Positions 19,050 through 27,389 of a stretch of DNA of 61,360 nucleotides are shown here, one piece after another. This stretch comes from Actinomycetes bacterium (GTDB taxonomy: Bacteria; Actinomycetota; Actinomycetes; S36-B12; UBA5976). The position numbers and the translations under genes are program-made. The stretch lies in the NCBI GenBank assembly GCA_021814565.1, contig JAKAIC010000001.1, forward strand, positions 1-61,360, read 5' to 3'. Under the pieces are notes generated by a model. The model searched no databases. It saw only the letters and a list, made by a program, of their open reading frames with translations, and was not told the origin of the DNA. Each line of letters opens with the position of its first letter. Within the stretch, counting starts at the first letter, position 1.

Positions 19050-19733
19050 TCACTCATCGCTTCGCAGCTCGTTCGGTTGCGCGATGTCTTCATCGGGAGG
19101 CGCTTGGCCTGGCGCCGGTGGGAGTTGCAGGCCACGAGCGATTCGCCACTGGTAGTAGCGCTCCCTGACGAACTCTTCCGCTTCAGTCCAATTGACGGCA
19201 CGAGGTGCCGTCACCTGCTCCGAGACATTCGACGGGTTTGTGAAGCAAAGTACGTCTACACCGTGTGCCTGTAGCCGCGCAATGTTGCCGGCTGAATCTT
19301 CGACGAAGACGTCGGCTCGCACGGCTGCCTTGTCTTCGATCAGGCAGAGGTCTCGGTACGGAATTCCGTGCAGTTCCAGCCAGCGAATGGTCTGGCTCGC
19401 AGCGGGTTCGTGAAAGTACGGGATAAACAGGCGATGTGTGGCAATCCTGATATGAACGCCCTCTGCGCTCAAGCGGCGTAGCGCTTGCGGCGCACCAGCG
19501 ACCGGCTGCATCTTCGCAAAGAGATCGCGCTGCGTGACCGCAAATCGGTGCAAGCGTCGGTACTGAACCATGTCCAGATCCCATTCAGGGAACCCGTATC
19601 GAGGCGATGGGTGCAACGTCTCTATCGGCTGGCCGGACCACTCGGCGAACACTTCGCGCATGCTTTGCAAGAAGTCTGCGACACAACCGTCGAGATCCAG
19701 TCCAAGAACGAACTTGTCAAACTTGTCGGCCAC
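19050..19733 (-). CDS. 5'(3')-deoxyribonucleotidase-like HAD protein (NT5C family-like)
   Basis: Motif I LDLDGCVADF, IATHR, VFVEDSAGN. GTG start at 19733 preceded by GGAAGGGGG. The tracked ORF extends to 19865. Confidence 0.6.
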   Translation of the reverse strand: MADKFDKFVLGLDLDGCVADFLQSMREVFAEWSGQPIETLHPSPRYGFPEWDLDMVQYRRLHRFAVTQRDLFAKMQPVAGAPQALRRLSAEGVHIRIATHRLFIPYFHEPAASQTIRWLELHGIPYRDLCLIEDKAAVRADVFVEDSAGNIARLQAHGVDVLCFTNPSNVSEQVTAPRAVNWTEAEEFVRERYYQWRIARGLQLPPAPGQAPPDEDIAQPNELRSDE

Positions 19734-19859
19734 ATCGGCCCCCTTCCGATACGACAACGCTAGACCTGCTTCGCAGTGCTTGGGCTGCGTGACGCGTCTG
19801 CGTATGAGCGTGTTGCGCTCATGGTGCGAATGAGACATCCATCTCGGAGGCCGAACCCC

Positions 19860-20006
19860 ATGCAAGACCTATCATTGACAGTAACCGAAGTCCCGTGCGC
19901 TGGGTGCGGGGAGTTGATTCCTGTACAGCACTTCGCGCACGCACGGCATACGGAGTTTGCGCCTAGGTACCACCTCGAATGCGCAATCTCAGAGGCGCAG
20001 AACTGA
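19860..20006 (+). CDS. Possible 48-aa CxxC/His-rich mini-protein
   Basis: MQDLSLTVTEVPCAGCGELIPVQHFAHARHTEFAPRYHLECAISEAQN. GGAGG lies 9 nt upstream of the ATG. No homology evidence. Confidence 0.25.
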   Translation: MQDLSLTVTEVPCAGCGELIPVQHFAHARHTEFAPRYHLECAISEAQN

Positions 20007-20173
20007 GCCTGCTGCTGCTTCGTCCTGGCGGACAGTTCGTCGGCCATCTTGAGCCTGCCCCCAGCCCGCGGGCAGGCTCAAGATCTTCTTCCGAGAATCT
20101 TCAACGAGCGAGTGCAGCGTCTCGGGCGGCGGTAAGTCATAGCAGGCACCCCCGATCCCGACCACAAGCTTGC

Positions 20174-20728
20174 CTACGAGTGGTTCAACGCCTGTTTAGC
20201 TACCCCTGTAGTGCTGTAGCGGAACCTCGCCATTTCAACGGTTACGTCGTAGTCGTTGGCGATCTGTTCGACGCTGGCGCGACGTCGAGCGGCGCTGAGG
20301 AGGAGAGGGCGCGGGAGGAGGAGAGTGCCGCCGAATGCGGTTGCTTCCTCTTCTTCGTCCGGTCTACATGTCCGGAACGGCATGCCATCGAGTTCCTTGA
20401 TCTCAGACAGGTCATGCTTGAGCATCACATGCGAAAGTTCGTGCGCTAGGTCGCTGTTCTGGCGCCCCACGCTTCGCAGCGGGCTGACCACGATGATCTT
20501 GCGATTCTGGATCTCAAACGTTGCGGCGGAAAAGGAGAACGACTGAAGGCGTTCGAGTTCCTCGAGTTCAGACATGGTCACGAGGTCGGCGGCGTCGACG
20601 ATAGCGAGGCCAAGGTGGCGTGCTAACTCGCGTGGGTCGAGACGGTCATGCGGGGCGAGGCCCAGTTCTCTTCGCACTCGCGCCGCTTCACGTTCAGCTT
20701 CCGCCTTGAACCCGCGCCGTAGCGTCAC
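20174..20728 (-). CDS. ImmA/IrrE-family zinc metallopeptidase (CapP-like)
   Basis: 184 aa. HExxH in AHELSHVMLKH. Start overlaps the stop of the upstream XRE gene. Confidence 0.8.
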   Translation of the reverse strand: MTLRRGFKAEAEREAARVRRELGLAPHDRLDPRELARHLGLAIVDAADLVTMSELEELERLQSFSFSAATFEIQNRKIIVVSPLRSVGRQNSDLAHELSHVMLKHDLSEIKELDGMPFRTCRPDEEEEATAFGGTLLLPRPLLLSAARRRASVEQIANDYDVTVEMARFRYSTTGVAKQALNHS

Positions 20729-21225
20729 AATTCCCCAGCGGCGACGCGAGCGGCCAATTTCTCGTGCATCTCGACGAGCAGACTATTGAGGCGATGTGGG
20801 ACGCCCGGGCGGAGGACCGATGCCGCTCGAAGGTGGCAGGCCACCACCTGCCTTTGCGTCGGGGCCTTCGCCAGTCCGTCGTACATGCTTCGGAGGAAAT
20901 CGGCGATCTTCCTTGCCGCCTCAGGTTCGAGCCGCGGGTCTGATGCGAGATGGGCGATTGCCTCGTCGATGGGCGTCACCTCGCGCACAGTGACTGGAGT
21001 GAAGAACTCGCCCGGGGACACCCCAAGCCACGCGCAGAGCAGCGTGAACGACGTGAGGTCTGGTTGAGCGCCGGCTTCAATCCGGGTGAACGTGCTGAAA
21101 CTGACGCCCGCATCTTCGGCCGCCTTACGGAGCGACAACTTCCCTCGACGCTCCCGAAGGAGGGCACCGAGTTGGGCAATATCGAGCCGCTCCACACGGT
21201 CAGGGGCGCTGGAGGCGGAAGTCAC
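20725..21225 (-). CDS. XRE-family helix-turn-helix regulator (CapH-like)
   Basis: LGALLRERRGKLSLRKAAEDAGVSFSTFTRIEAG is a canonical Cro/C1 HTH. Co-operonic with ImmA and divergent from the ubiquitin-like operon. Confidence 0.8.
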   Translation of the reverse strand: MTSASSAPDRVERLDIAQLGALLRERRGKLSLRKAAEDAGVSFSTFTRIEAGAQPDLTSFTLLCAWLGVSPGEFFTPVTVREVTPIDEAIAHLASDPRLEPEAARKIADFLRSMYDGLAKAPTQRQVVACHLRAASVLRPGVPHRLNSLLVEMHEKLAARVAAGEL

Positions 21226-21300
21226 GCTGCCTCCGCACGACTGCTGGACCCGAAATCGACTGGTTCCATGCGCCGGAGTGTAGCGCCGAATTGGCGCTCT

Positions 21301-21324
21301 GGTGACACGACACGACGTGTCACC
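21301..21324. promoter_or_regulatory. Candidate operator: 9-bp inverted repeat GGTGACACG-N6-CGTGTCACC
   Basis: Perfect 9-bp arms in the 175-bp divergent intergenic region between the XRE gene and the Mub gene. Confidence 0.45.
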
Positions 21325-21345
21325 AACTCAGCAATGACGCTTTGC

Positions 21346-21354
21346 TGATACAAT
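21346..21354 (+). promoter_or_regulatory. Candidate extended -10 element TGATACAAT
   Basis: TGn-TACAAT about 47 nt upstream of the Mub ATG. AGGAG lies 6 nt before ATG 21401. Confidence 0.3.
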
Positions 21355-21400
21355 TTCTGTGGTGTCCGAACCGCGGAGCCGAGCCTTTTAGGAGCCACAA

Positions 21401-21643
21401 ATGCATGATGCGAACAATGCTTCACCAATCAACTTCACGATCGACGGTCAGAGTTTCACGACCGACGATGCCACGCAATCACCCGCCTCGCTCTTGGCGT
21501 TCGTGGGGTTCGACACCGCCTCCTACGACCTCATGCAGATGTTGCCCGACGGCAAGCCGCGCAAGTTCCAAGAAGGCCAGACAGTGCACATCGAGAATGG
21601 CGAGGAATTCTTGACGGTGCGCAAGGAAGCGTCGGTGGCCTGA
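21401..21643 (+). CDS. Multiubiquitin (Mub)-type beta-grasp domain protein
   Basis: 80 aa. INFTIDGQSFTTDD...QTVHIENGEEFLTV pattern and its position upstream of Prok-E2 and E1-JAB genes. Stop overlaps the next start. Confidence 0.6.
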   Translation: MHDANNASPINFTIDGQSFTTDDATQSPASLLAFVGFDTASYDLMQMLPDGKPRKFQEGQTVHIENGEEFLTVRKEASVA

Positions 21644-22020
21644 TGAGCGAGCGTCCGCCGCGTGACGGAGTCGATGGCTTCATCGCCGACCTCGCAGACT
21701 TCAACATCGCCGCGTTCATCGATGGACCTGTCGTGCGCTACTCGGTGACACCGATCGATGGGTCTATGAGCGGATCCGCCGTGGAGACCGCCGTGGGAAT
21801 CGTCGAACTCGCTCCGTGGCCCGCTGCACCTCCGCACTGGATCCATCTTCCAGCGCACTTCACGTTTGCGCACACGAACACCCAACCCCAGGGCTCGCTG
21901 CTCGGCTGGCTCTGCCACTCGCGCAACATCACATCGTGGACGCCAAGCGCTCACCCTGGCCGGCAATGGCTTGCGCATGTCCGCACTGTTCTCGGTCAGA
22001 TCACTGGAACGGCGGCCTGA
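21643..22020 (+). CDS. Prokaryotic E2-like protein (Prok-E2_E-like)
   Basis: 125 aa. PPHWIHLP motif and candidate Cys in GWLCHSR. Gene order Mub-E2-JAB/E1. Confidence 0.55.
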   Translation: MSERPPRDGVDGFIADLADFNIAAFIDGPVVRYSVTPIDGSMSGSAVETAVGIVELAPWPAAPPHWIHLPAHFTFAHTNTQPQGSLLGWLCHSRNITSWTPSAHPGRQWLAHVRTVLGQITGTAA

Positions 22021-22021
22021 T

Positions 22022-23494
22022 ATGCGTCACAGCGTTGCCATGTCAGTGCAAGTCGACGCGGCCCTCCGGGAGCACCTTGATCGACCAGATGGTCAAGAGG
22101 ACATCTGTCTTGCGACCTACTCGGTATCCACGGGCCGAACGCGTATTTCCCGCCTCATAACCCAGGTCGAACTCCCCGCGACAGGCGAACGTCGCGTCCA
22201 CGGAAACGCGACGATCACCGGGGACTACGTGCTTCGGGTCGCGGCCGTGGCCGCCGCCCGAGAAGAAGGCCTCGTCATTCTCCATTCACACCCCGGTGGT
22301 CACGGCTGGCAGGAACTCAGCGGCCCCGACCACGACGCCGAGCGTTCCTACTCGCACCTCGTGCAGCGCATCACTGGACTCCCGCTAGTGGGAATGACCT
22401 ACTCGGGTGGCGACCAGGCATGGTCGGCCCGCGAATGGGTCATCGGATCTCCCATCTGGCACGAGAGTGTCCGTGTCGTCGGGAACACACTGCGCATCAC
22501 CTGGAACGACACGCAACGGCGGCCACCGGCAACGACGGTCGAGCAGATCCGCACCGTCTCTGCTTGGGGCGAACAACTGCAGCAGGACATTGCCCGGATG
22601 CGCGTCCTTGTTGTCGGCGTCGGCAGCGTCGGACTCGATGTGGCCATTCGCCTCGCGGCCACCGGCATCCAACACATCGGCGTCATGGACTACGACACTG
22701 TCGAGCCGCTGAACCGTGACCGCATGATCGGAGCAACGCGCAAGGATGCGCGACGCAAGACTCCAAAGGTCGAGGTGGCGGACCGGCTTATGACGACCGC
22801 TGCAACCGCCCGATGCCCTGAGATCGCGCTCCATTACCTCAGCATCTGCTCGCCGGAGGGCTTGGCCACCGCGCTCGACTACGACGTCATCTTCTCCTGC
22901 GTCGACCGTCCGTGGCCTCGGGCAGTCATGAACACCCTTGGCTACTCAGACCTGATCCCTGTCATTGATGGCGGTATCAACATCGACACATTCCCCAACG
23001 GATGCATGCAAGGGGCAAGTTGGCGTGTACAGGCCGTAGCACCCGGTGTCCCTTGTCTGTCGTGCTCCGGGCAGATAAACATGCCGCAGGTTGCCCTAGA
23101 CCGGGCTGGGCTACTCGATGACGCGAACTACATCTCACAAGCCGGCCTCCATTCACCCGCAAGTCAGAATGTCGCGCTGCTCTCCGCAAGTGTGAGCGCT
23201 GCACAGCTCGCGCAATTCGTCACGCTCACTGTCTCGCCAGGCGGTCGCGGTGTGTACTCGCCGCTGCGGTACATCCTTGCGGCGCACCACCAAGAACACC
23301 TCGATGGCATCAGCCAGCCCGGCTGTCGCTTCGAACATCGACCTGGCGAAGGCGACAAGCGGAGCGAATTCGTTAGCAACACCGGTCCTTGGATCGACGC
23401 AATGGCAGCACGCACACGCAAGCGGCGCAACTTCGCGTTGCCGTGCGCACTCGCCCGGTTCGTCGCCAGTGCACGCATCACGGACCGCAAGTAA
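22022..23494 (+). CDS. JAB/JAMM deubiquitinase-like domain fused to ThiF/E1-like adenylation domain
   Basis: EEGLVILHSHPGGHGWQELSGPD (E...HxH...SxxD) followed by Rossmann VLVVGVGSVGLDVA...VMDYDTVEPLNRDR and PCLSCSG. ATG at 22022 lies 2 nt after the E2 stop. Confidence 0.75.
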   Translation: MRHSVAMSVQVDAALREHLDRPDGQEDICLATYSVSTGRTRISRLITQVELPATGERRVHGNATITGDYVLRVAAVAAAREEGLVILHSHPGGHGWQELSGPDHDAERSYSHLVQRITGLPLVGMTYSGGDQAWSAREWVIGSPIWHESVRVVGNTLRITWNDTQRRPPATTVEQIRTVSAWGEQLQQDIARMRVLVVGVGSVGLDVAIRLAATGIQHIGVMDYDTVEPLNRDRMIGATRKDARRKTPKVEVADRLMTTAATARCPEIALHYLSICSPEGLATALDYDVIFSCVDRPWPRAVMNTLGYSDLIPVIDGGINIDTFPNGCMQGASWRVQAVAPGVPCLSCSGQINMPQVALDRAGLLDDANYISQAGLHSPASQNVALLSASVSAAQLAQFVTLTVSPGGRGVYSPLRYILAAHHQEHLDGISQPGCRFEHRPGEGDKRSEFVSNTGPWIDAMAARTRKRRNFALPCALARFVASARITDRK

Positions 23495-23496
23495 TC

Positions 23497-23616
23497 ATGC
23501 GCACGGAAATCGAAGCGAATAATCGAGCTGATCGCAAGTCGCGGGAGCGGCAGCTGAAGTCGATGCAAATGAACAGCTCGACCATTGCACCGCAACCTTC
23601 TGGAGGTCACCCATGA
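23497..23616 (+). CDS. Possible 39-aa mini-ORF wedged between the E1-JAB gene and the next gene
   Basis: ATG lies 2 nt after the E1 stop. Its stop overlaps the next start in ATGA. Peptide MRTEIEANNRADRKSRERQLKSMQMNSSTIAPQPSGGHP. No SD. Confidence 0.25.
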   Translation: MRTEIEANNRADRKSRERQLKSMQMNSSTIAPQPSGGHP

Positions 23617-23855
23617 CGGACGTGTTGGTCGAAATCGGCAACATACTTCTGGAACAATCGAGCAGGCTGCCCCGCGTCATGAAGGACAGCATCGTCGTCG
23701 GGTTTCTACTCCTTGCGGTCATCGCCCCACAGGCGCTACGTCATGTCGTTGACGCCTGGGTGCATCTGGAGACGCAGACGATCATGCATCGCCTGCAACC
23801 GCTGCTTGAGGCGGCCGCCGGCGCGGCCACAACGGCCACTACCACTCACGCTTGA
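23613..23855 (+). CDS. Small single-pass membrane protein
   Basis: 80 aa. GGAGG lies 9 nt upstream of the ATG. Hydrophobic IVVGFLLLAVIAP. Last gene of the same-strand run. Confidence 0.45.
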   Translation: MTDVLVEIGNILLEQSSRLPRVMKDSIVVGFLLLAVIAPQALRHVVDAWVHLETQTIMHRLQPLLEAAAGAATTATTTHA

Positions 23856-24102
23856 GTGAATGCTGCTGACAGCCGGACCGCCAGAATCTTGCGCTCATGT
23901 TCTGCCGCTGCATCCATGCGTTAGTGCTGCAACGACATGGCGACTTGATTGACGTGGTGGGAGGCTACGCGCCCGCACCTTCGAAAGTCTGGCAGGCTCT
24001 GCGTGCGAATTCCTTGGACGCGCGCCATCGAGCCCTCAGCGAGTTTGCTCCTCAGTGTCTTCTGCCGGCATTCGCCCACCAGTCATGCGGCCGCCACGAG
24101 AA

Positions 24103-25338
24103 TCAGTTCTGGCGCAGGACGGTTCCGCTGGGCCCCGCGGTCTCACAGTCGGGACTGGCGCAGTCGACGCCATGGCTGCCGGACAACGCGATCAATATGA
24201 CGCAGACAAGCAGGATGAGACCGCCCACGCTTGCCAAGCTGGCAACTTCGTTGGTGTGCGCAACCATGACCGCGGCGAGCACTGGGCCGACCGGTCCGAT
24301 TGCATACGATCCAAGCGCGTCGATCGCGAAAACGCGGGAAAGCTCTTGCGACGGTATCGATCGTTGAAGCACGGTCACCCACAGGACTCCGAAGACCTCA
24401 ATGCCCGCACCTGTGAGGAGTGCAGCCACTAAGACTTGCGAAATGCTTCCGACCGCGAGCGCAAGTGGCTCGAGGGCGATGAGGCTCGCGTATTGGAGAG
24501 CGCGAAGAAGCGGCTTGGTGGGATCGAGCCTAAGCGCAAGCGCCGCACCGAGCACTGAACCAACCCCGGTTGCAGCCGATACGCTGCCCCACACTTCCGC
24601 CCCGCCAAGGTGCGTCACGGCTTGCATGGGTCCCAGTACGTTGATGCACGCGAGGAATGCAGCGTTGATCAGGGCAAACCCCGCCACCGTTTGCAGCAAC
24701 CATGGTCTAGAGACAACGGCTTTCACGCCTTGCTTTGCTGCTTGTCGCCAAGACTCCTGCGCTTCCGCCACTTGCGGAATCTCGCGCAATCCCATCCGGC
24801 TCACTGCACCAAAAAGGCAACTAACTCCGACAAACGTCAGGATCGCGGAGCCGTAGCGCCCGGCCAACCAAGCTCCCAGGAACGCCCCGCCGATCTGCGC
24901 TACATTGGCGATAATGCGACGGATACTGTTCGCTGACTGAATCTTTGCGGCGTCCACGACTTGCGTGAGAATGCCTTGGCTTGCGGGCAGGTAGAAGCCG
25001 AGCCCAACCCCTCGCAGCGCGGTGAACGCCGCCACCGGAAGTAGCTGCAAAGGTGCCCTCTCGAAAGTGACACTCAAACTGAAGGCTGCCGCTGCCTGCA
25101 TCAAGTCTGCCAGCAGCATCACGTCACGCCTGGACCTACGATCGGCGATCAACCCGCCAAAGACCAGCGCCAGGACCTGCGCCGCCAGGAGCGCTACCGA
25201 CACGACCGCCAGGTCCGCACCGCTGCCACGGGCCGAAAGGATGAGCACCGGCGTTGCTGTCGTCGCGGCGGCGCCAGCCAGCAACGTCGCAGCGTCACTC
25301 GCGCAGAGCCATACGAAGCGTCGACCCAACCGGTTCAT
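24103..25338 (-). CDS. MFS transporter
   Basis: 411 aa with ~12 hydrophobic segments. GGLIADRRSRRD loop motif typical of MFS. Confidence 0.8.
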   Translation of the reverse strand: MNRLGRRFVWLCASDAATLLAGAAATTATPVLILSARGSGADLAVVSVALLAAQVLALVFGGLIADRRSRRDVMLLADLMQAAAAFSLSVTFERAPLQLLPVAAFTALRGVGLGFYLPASQGILTQVVDAAKIQSANSIRRIIANVAQIGGAFLGAWLAGRYGSAILTFVGVSCLFGAVSRMGLREIPQVAEAQESWRQAAKQGVKAVVSRPWLLQTVAGFALINAAFLACINVLGPMQAVTHLGGAEVWGSVSAATGVGSVLGAALALRLDPTKPLLRALQYASLIALEPLALAVGSISQVLVAALLTGAGIEVFGVLWVTVLQRSIPSQELSRVFAIDALGSYAIGPVGPVLAAVMVAHTNEVASLASVGGLILLVCVILIALSGSHGVDCASPDCETAGPSGTVLRQN

Positions 25339-25937
25339 GAAGGTCGGTTGGATGCTCGTTTGCCGCTGCTTGCGGCACTCTTCGCTGCGGACGGTGTCTT
25401 CGAGCTACCGGGATCTGGAGAAGTTTGTACCTCGGCGCTGCTGAACATCATAACCGTCGAACTCACGTGAACAACTCCCGAGGCAGACTTGTCGGTGGCG
25501 GCCTTGTGCAAGCGCTCCAACGCCTTGGCTACCGCTCGAGCGCATTGAATCCATGCGTCCTCGCTCACCCATAGCTCCGCATCGCTGAAGAGGTCCCAAG
25601 AGTCTGGCTTTGCCGCCAACAGGCGGCGACGGACCTCGGCGGAAGCTGCTGCTGCGCTCGAAGGCAGATCGACGGCAGCACCATCAGCGAAGTCGCCCGC
25701 GGTTCGATACAGCCGCTCCTGGCCACCGCGCACGCTGCGCACGTCCACCAACTCGATCAAACCAGCCGCAGCCAATTGACGAACGTGGAAACTGACCGCG
25801 GCCTGAGACTTTCCGAGTTCGCGTCCCAGTTCAGTTGCCGATCTCGGGGCGCCCGTGAGCATGGAAAGGATCCGCAAGCGCACGGGATGCGAGAGCGCAC
25901 GGAGGTGCTGGCGTTCAGCATCATCCACCAAAGACAT
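25335..25937 (-). CDS. ArsR-family winged-helix regulator with C-terminal extension
   Basis: LRALSHPVRLRILSML...ATELGRELGKSQAAVSFHVRQLAAAGLI. 4-nt overlap with the MFS gene. Confidence 0.8.
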   Translation of the reverse strand: MSLVDDAERQHLRALSHPVRLRILSMLTGAPRSATELGRELGKSQAAVSFHVRQLAAAGLIELVDVRSVRGGQERLYRTAGDFADGAAVDLPSSAAAASAEVRRRLLAAKPDSWDLFSDAELWVSEDAWIQCARAVAKALERLHKAATDKSASGVVHVSSTVMMFSSAEVQTSPDPGSSKTPSAAKSAASSGKRASNRPS

Positions 25938-26216
25938 GTTTTGGAGCCTCCCACTGGAGACGCGGACACGTCAAGGAATGCATGTTGCACGCTCTTCGCG
26001 CTGAATCTCTGCGGAGCACCAATCGGTGCACCAGAAGTCTGCACGGCGGGCCCGAGCCCGCCCTACCGAGTGCGTCGCTGCAGCCGCTAGAAGTGCGTGC
26101 GACAGACCCGGGCGAGGCGACCACAAAAGGAGTGCTTGACGGTAGCGTCGGCATGATGCAGCATCCGCACAAGAGTTGCTTTGCAGTTGAGTGCTTGGCG
26201 CAACGGGGGGATTGCA

Positions 26217-27389
26217 GTGGTATCGCTGACTGGCGTTCGAGTACTTCCTGGTCGCTATGGCACCTGGTACACGCGGAACGGCCGTTCGATCTTGATCTCA
26301 GAAGAGGCCGATCCATTCGCTCCCAGCGGCGAAGTGCTCCAGGTGATTTCGGACGCTGGGCTTCTTGACAAGCGCGACAAGCTCTATGGGGCGACGGTCA
26401 TGCTGACATCGCGCTGCAACCTTGCCTGCGCCTACTGCTTTCAAAACGAATCTGGCGGCGAGTCAGGCATCACGAGAATCGATCGGCATGACTTGACGGC
26501 ACGCAACGTAGAGCGTGTCCGAGATTTCGTCGCAGAACAGATGCTGCGGCACGGAAAGTCGGAACTTCACTTGCTGCTGACGGGCGGAGAGCCGCTCATG
26601 AACTATGCAAACTGCCTCGAACTGCTGGACGCGATGGCGCCTCTTGGAGCCGTCCAAGCCGAAATGTTTACAAATGGAGTCTTGCTCAGCAAGGATCGTG
26701 CCGTCGCGCTTTCGCAAGCTGGGCTCACACGCATCCAGGTGTCGTTTGACGGTGCAGGCGACGAACACGATCGGTACCGCAAGACGCCGGCCGGCGTCGG
26801 CTCCTACGCGCGCATCATGCAGAACCTGGTGAACACGCTTGACGCCGCACCGAATCTCAAGGTGACCATGCGCCTAAACATCACCGCTCGCAACGTTCCG
26901 ACGCTTGATCAACTTCTCCTTGCGCTGAGCGAAGTTGCTGCCGGACGGAAGTTGGCCATTCGATTCGGCCTCGTTGATGACATTGGGCTCAACTTCGTCG
27001 ACGCGCCTGATCGAAGCGCAACGACAGCAGAACAAATTCGAGACCTCGCACTAATCGCAATGGAACTTGGCCTGGACGTGGAGCCGATGGCTGCCCCCGG
27101 AGACTGCCTGTTCTGTGGCGTCATCGGAGGCGGTTCCGGGTCTGTCATCAACGCCGACGGAACGCTGTACAGCTGTTGGGAGAGTGTCGGTCGGACCGAA
27201 CTCGCCGTTGGCGATGTGACACGGGGCTATCTAGCCGGCAATGACTTGACCGAACGATGGGTGGACTGCTCATACAACATCGTTGACAGGAACGCGGCTA
27301 CCAAGTCTGCCAGGCAGATCAGTGACGTTGTGGACACGGCGGTTCTTGATCGTTCGTTTGAGCTGCTCAACGTAGGGAGTGCAAGTTGA
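26217..27389 (+). CDS. Radical SAM enzyme with C-terminal auxiliary Cys cluster (SPASM/twitch-like)
   Basis: CNLACAYC (Cx3Cx2C), GGEPL, and C-terminal DCLFCG...GTLYSCWE...VDCS. GTG 26217 is preceded by GGGGGG. The tracked ORF starts at TTG 26181. Confidence 0.8.
   Translation: MVSLTGVRVLPGRYGTWYTRNGRSILISEEADPFAPSGEVLQVISDAGLLDKRDKLYGATVMLTSRCNLACAYCFQNESGGESGITRIDRHDLTARNVERVRDFVAEQMLRHGKSELHLLLTGGEPLMNYANCLELLDAMAPLGAVQAEMFTNGVLLSKDRAVALSQAGLTRIQVSFDGAGDEHDRYRKTPAGVGSYARIMQNLVNTLDAAPNLKVTMRLNITARNVPTLDQLLLALSEVAAGRKLAIRFGLVDDIGLNFVDAPDRSATTAEQIRDLALIAMELGLDVEPMAAPGDCLFCGVIGGGSGSVINADGTLYSCWESVGRTELAVGDVTRGYLAGNDLTERWVDCSYNIVDRNAATKSARQISDVVDTAVLDRSFELLNVGSAS

Noticed and set aside
25982-26368. 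128-aa + strand ORF upstream of, and overlapping, the radical SAM gene, considered as a Cys-containing RiPP precursor (MMQHPHKSCFAVECLAQRGDCSG...).
   Set aside because: It has no properly spaced SD and overlaps the rSAM coding region out of frame by ~150 nt. The 18-aa ORF at 28171 has much better translation and termination signals.
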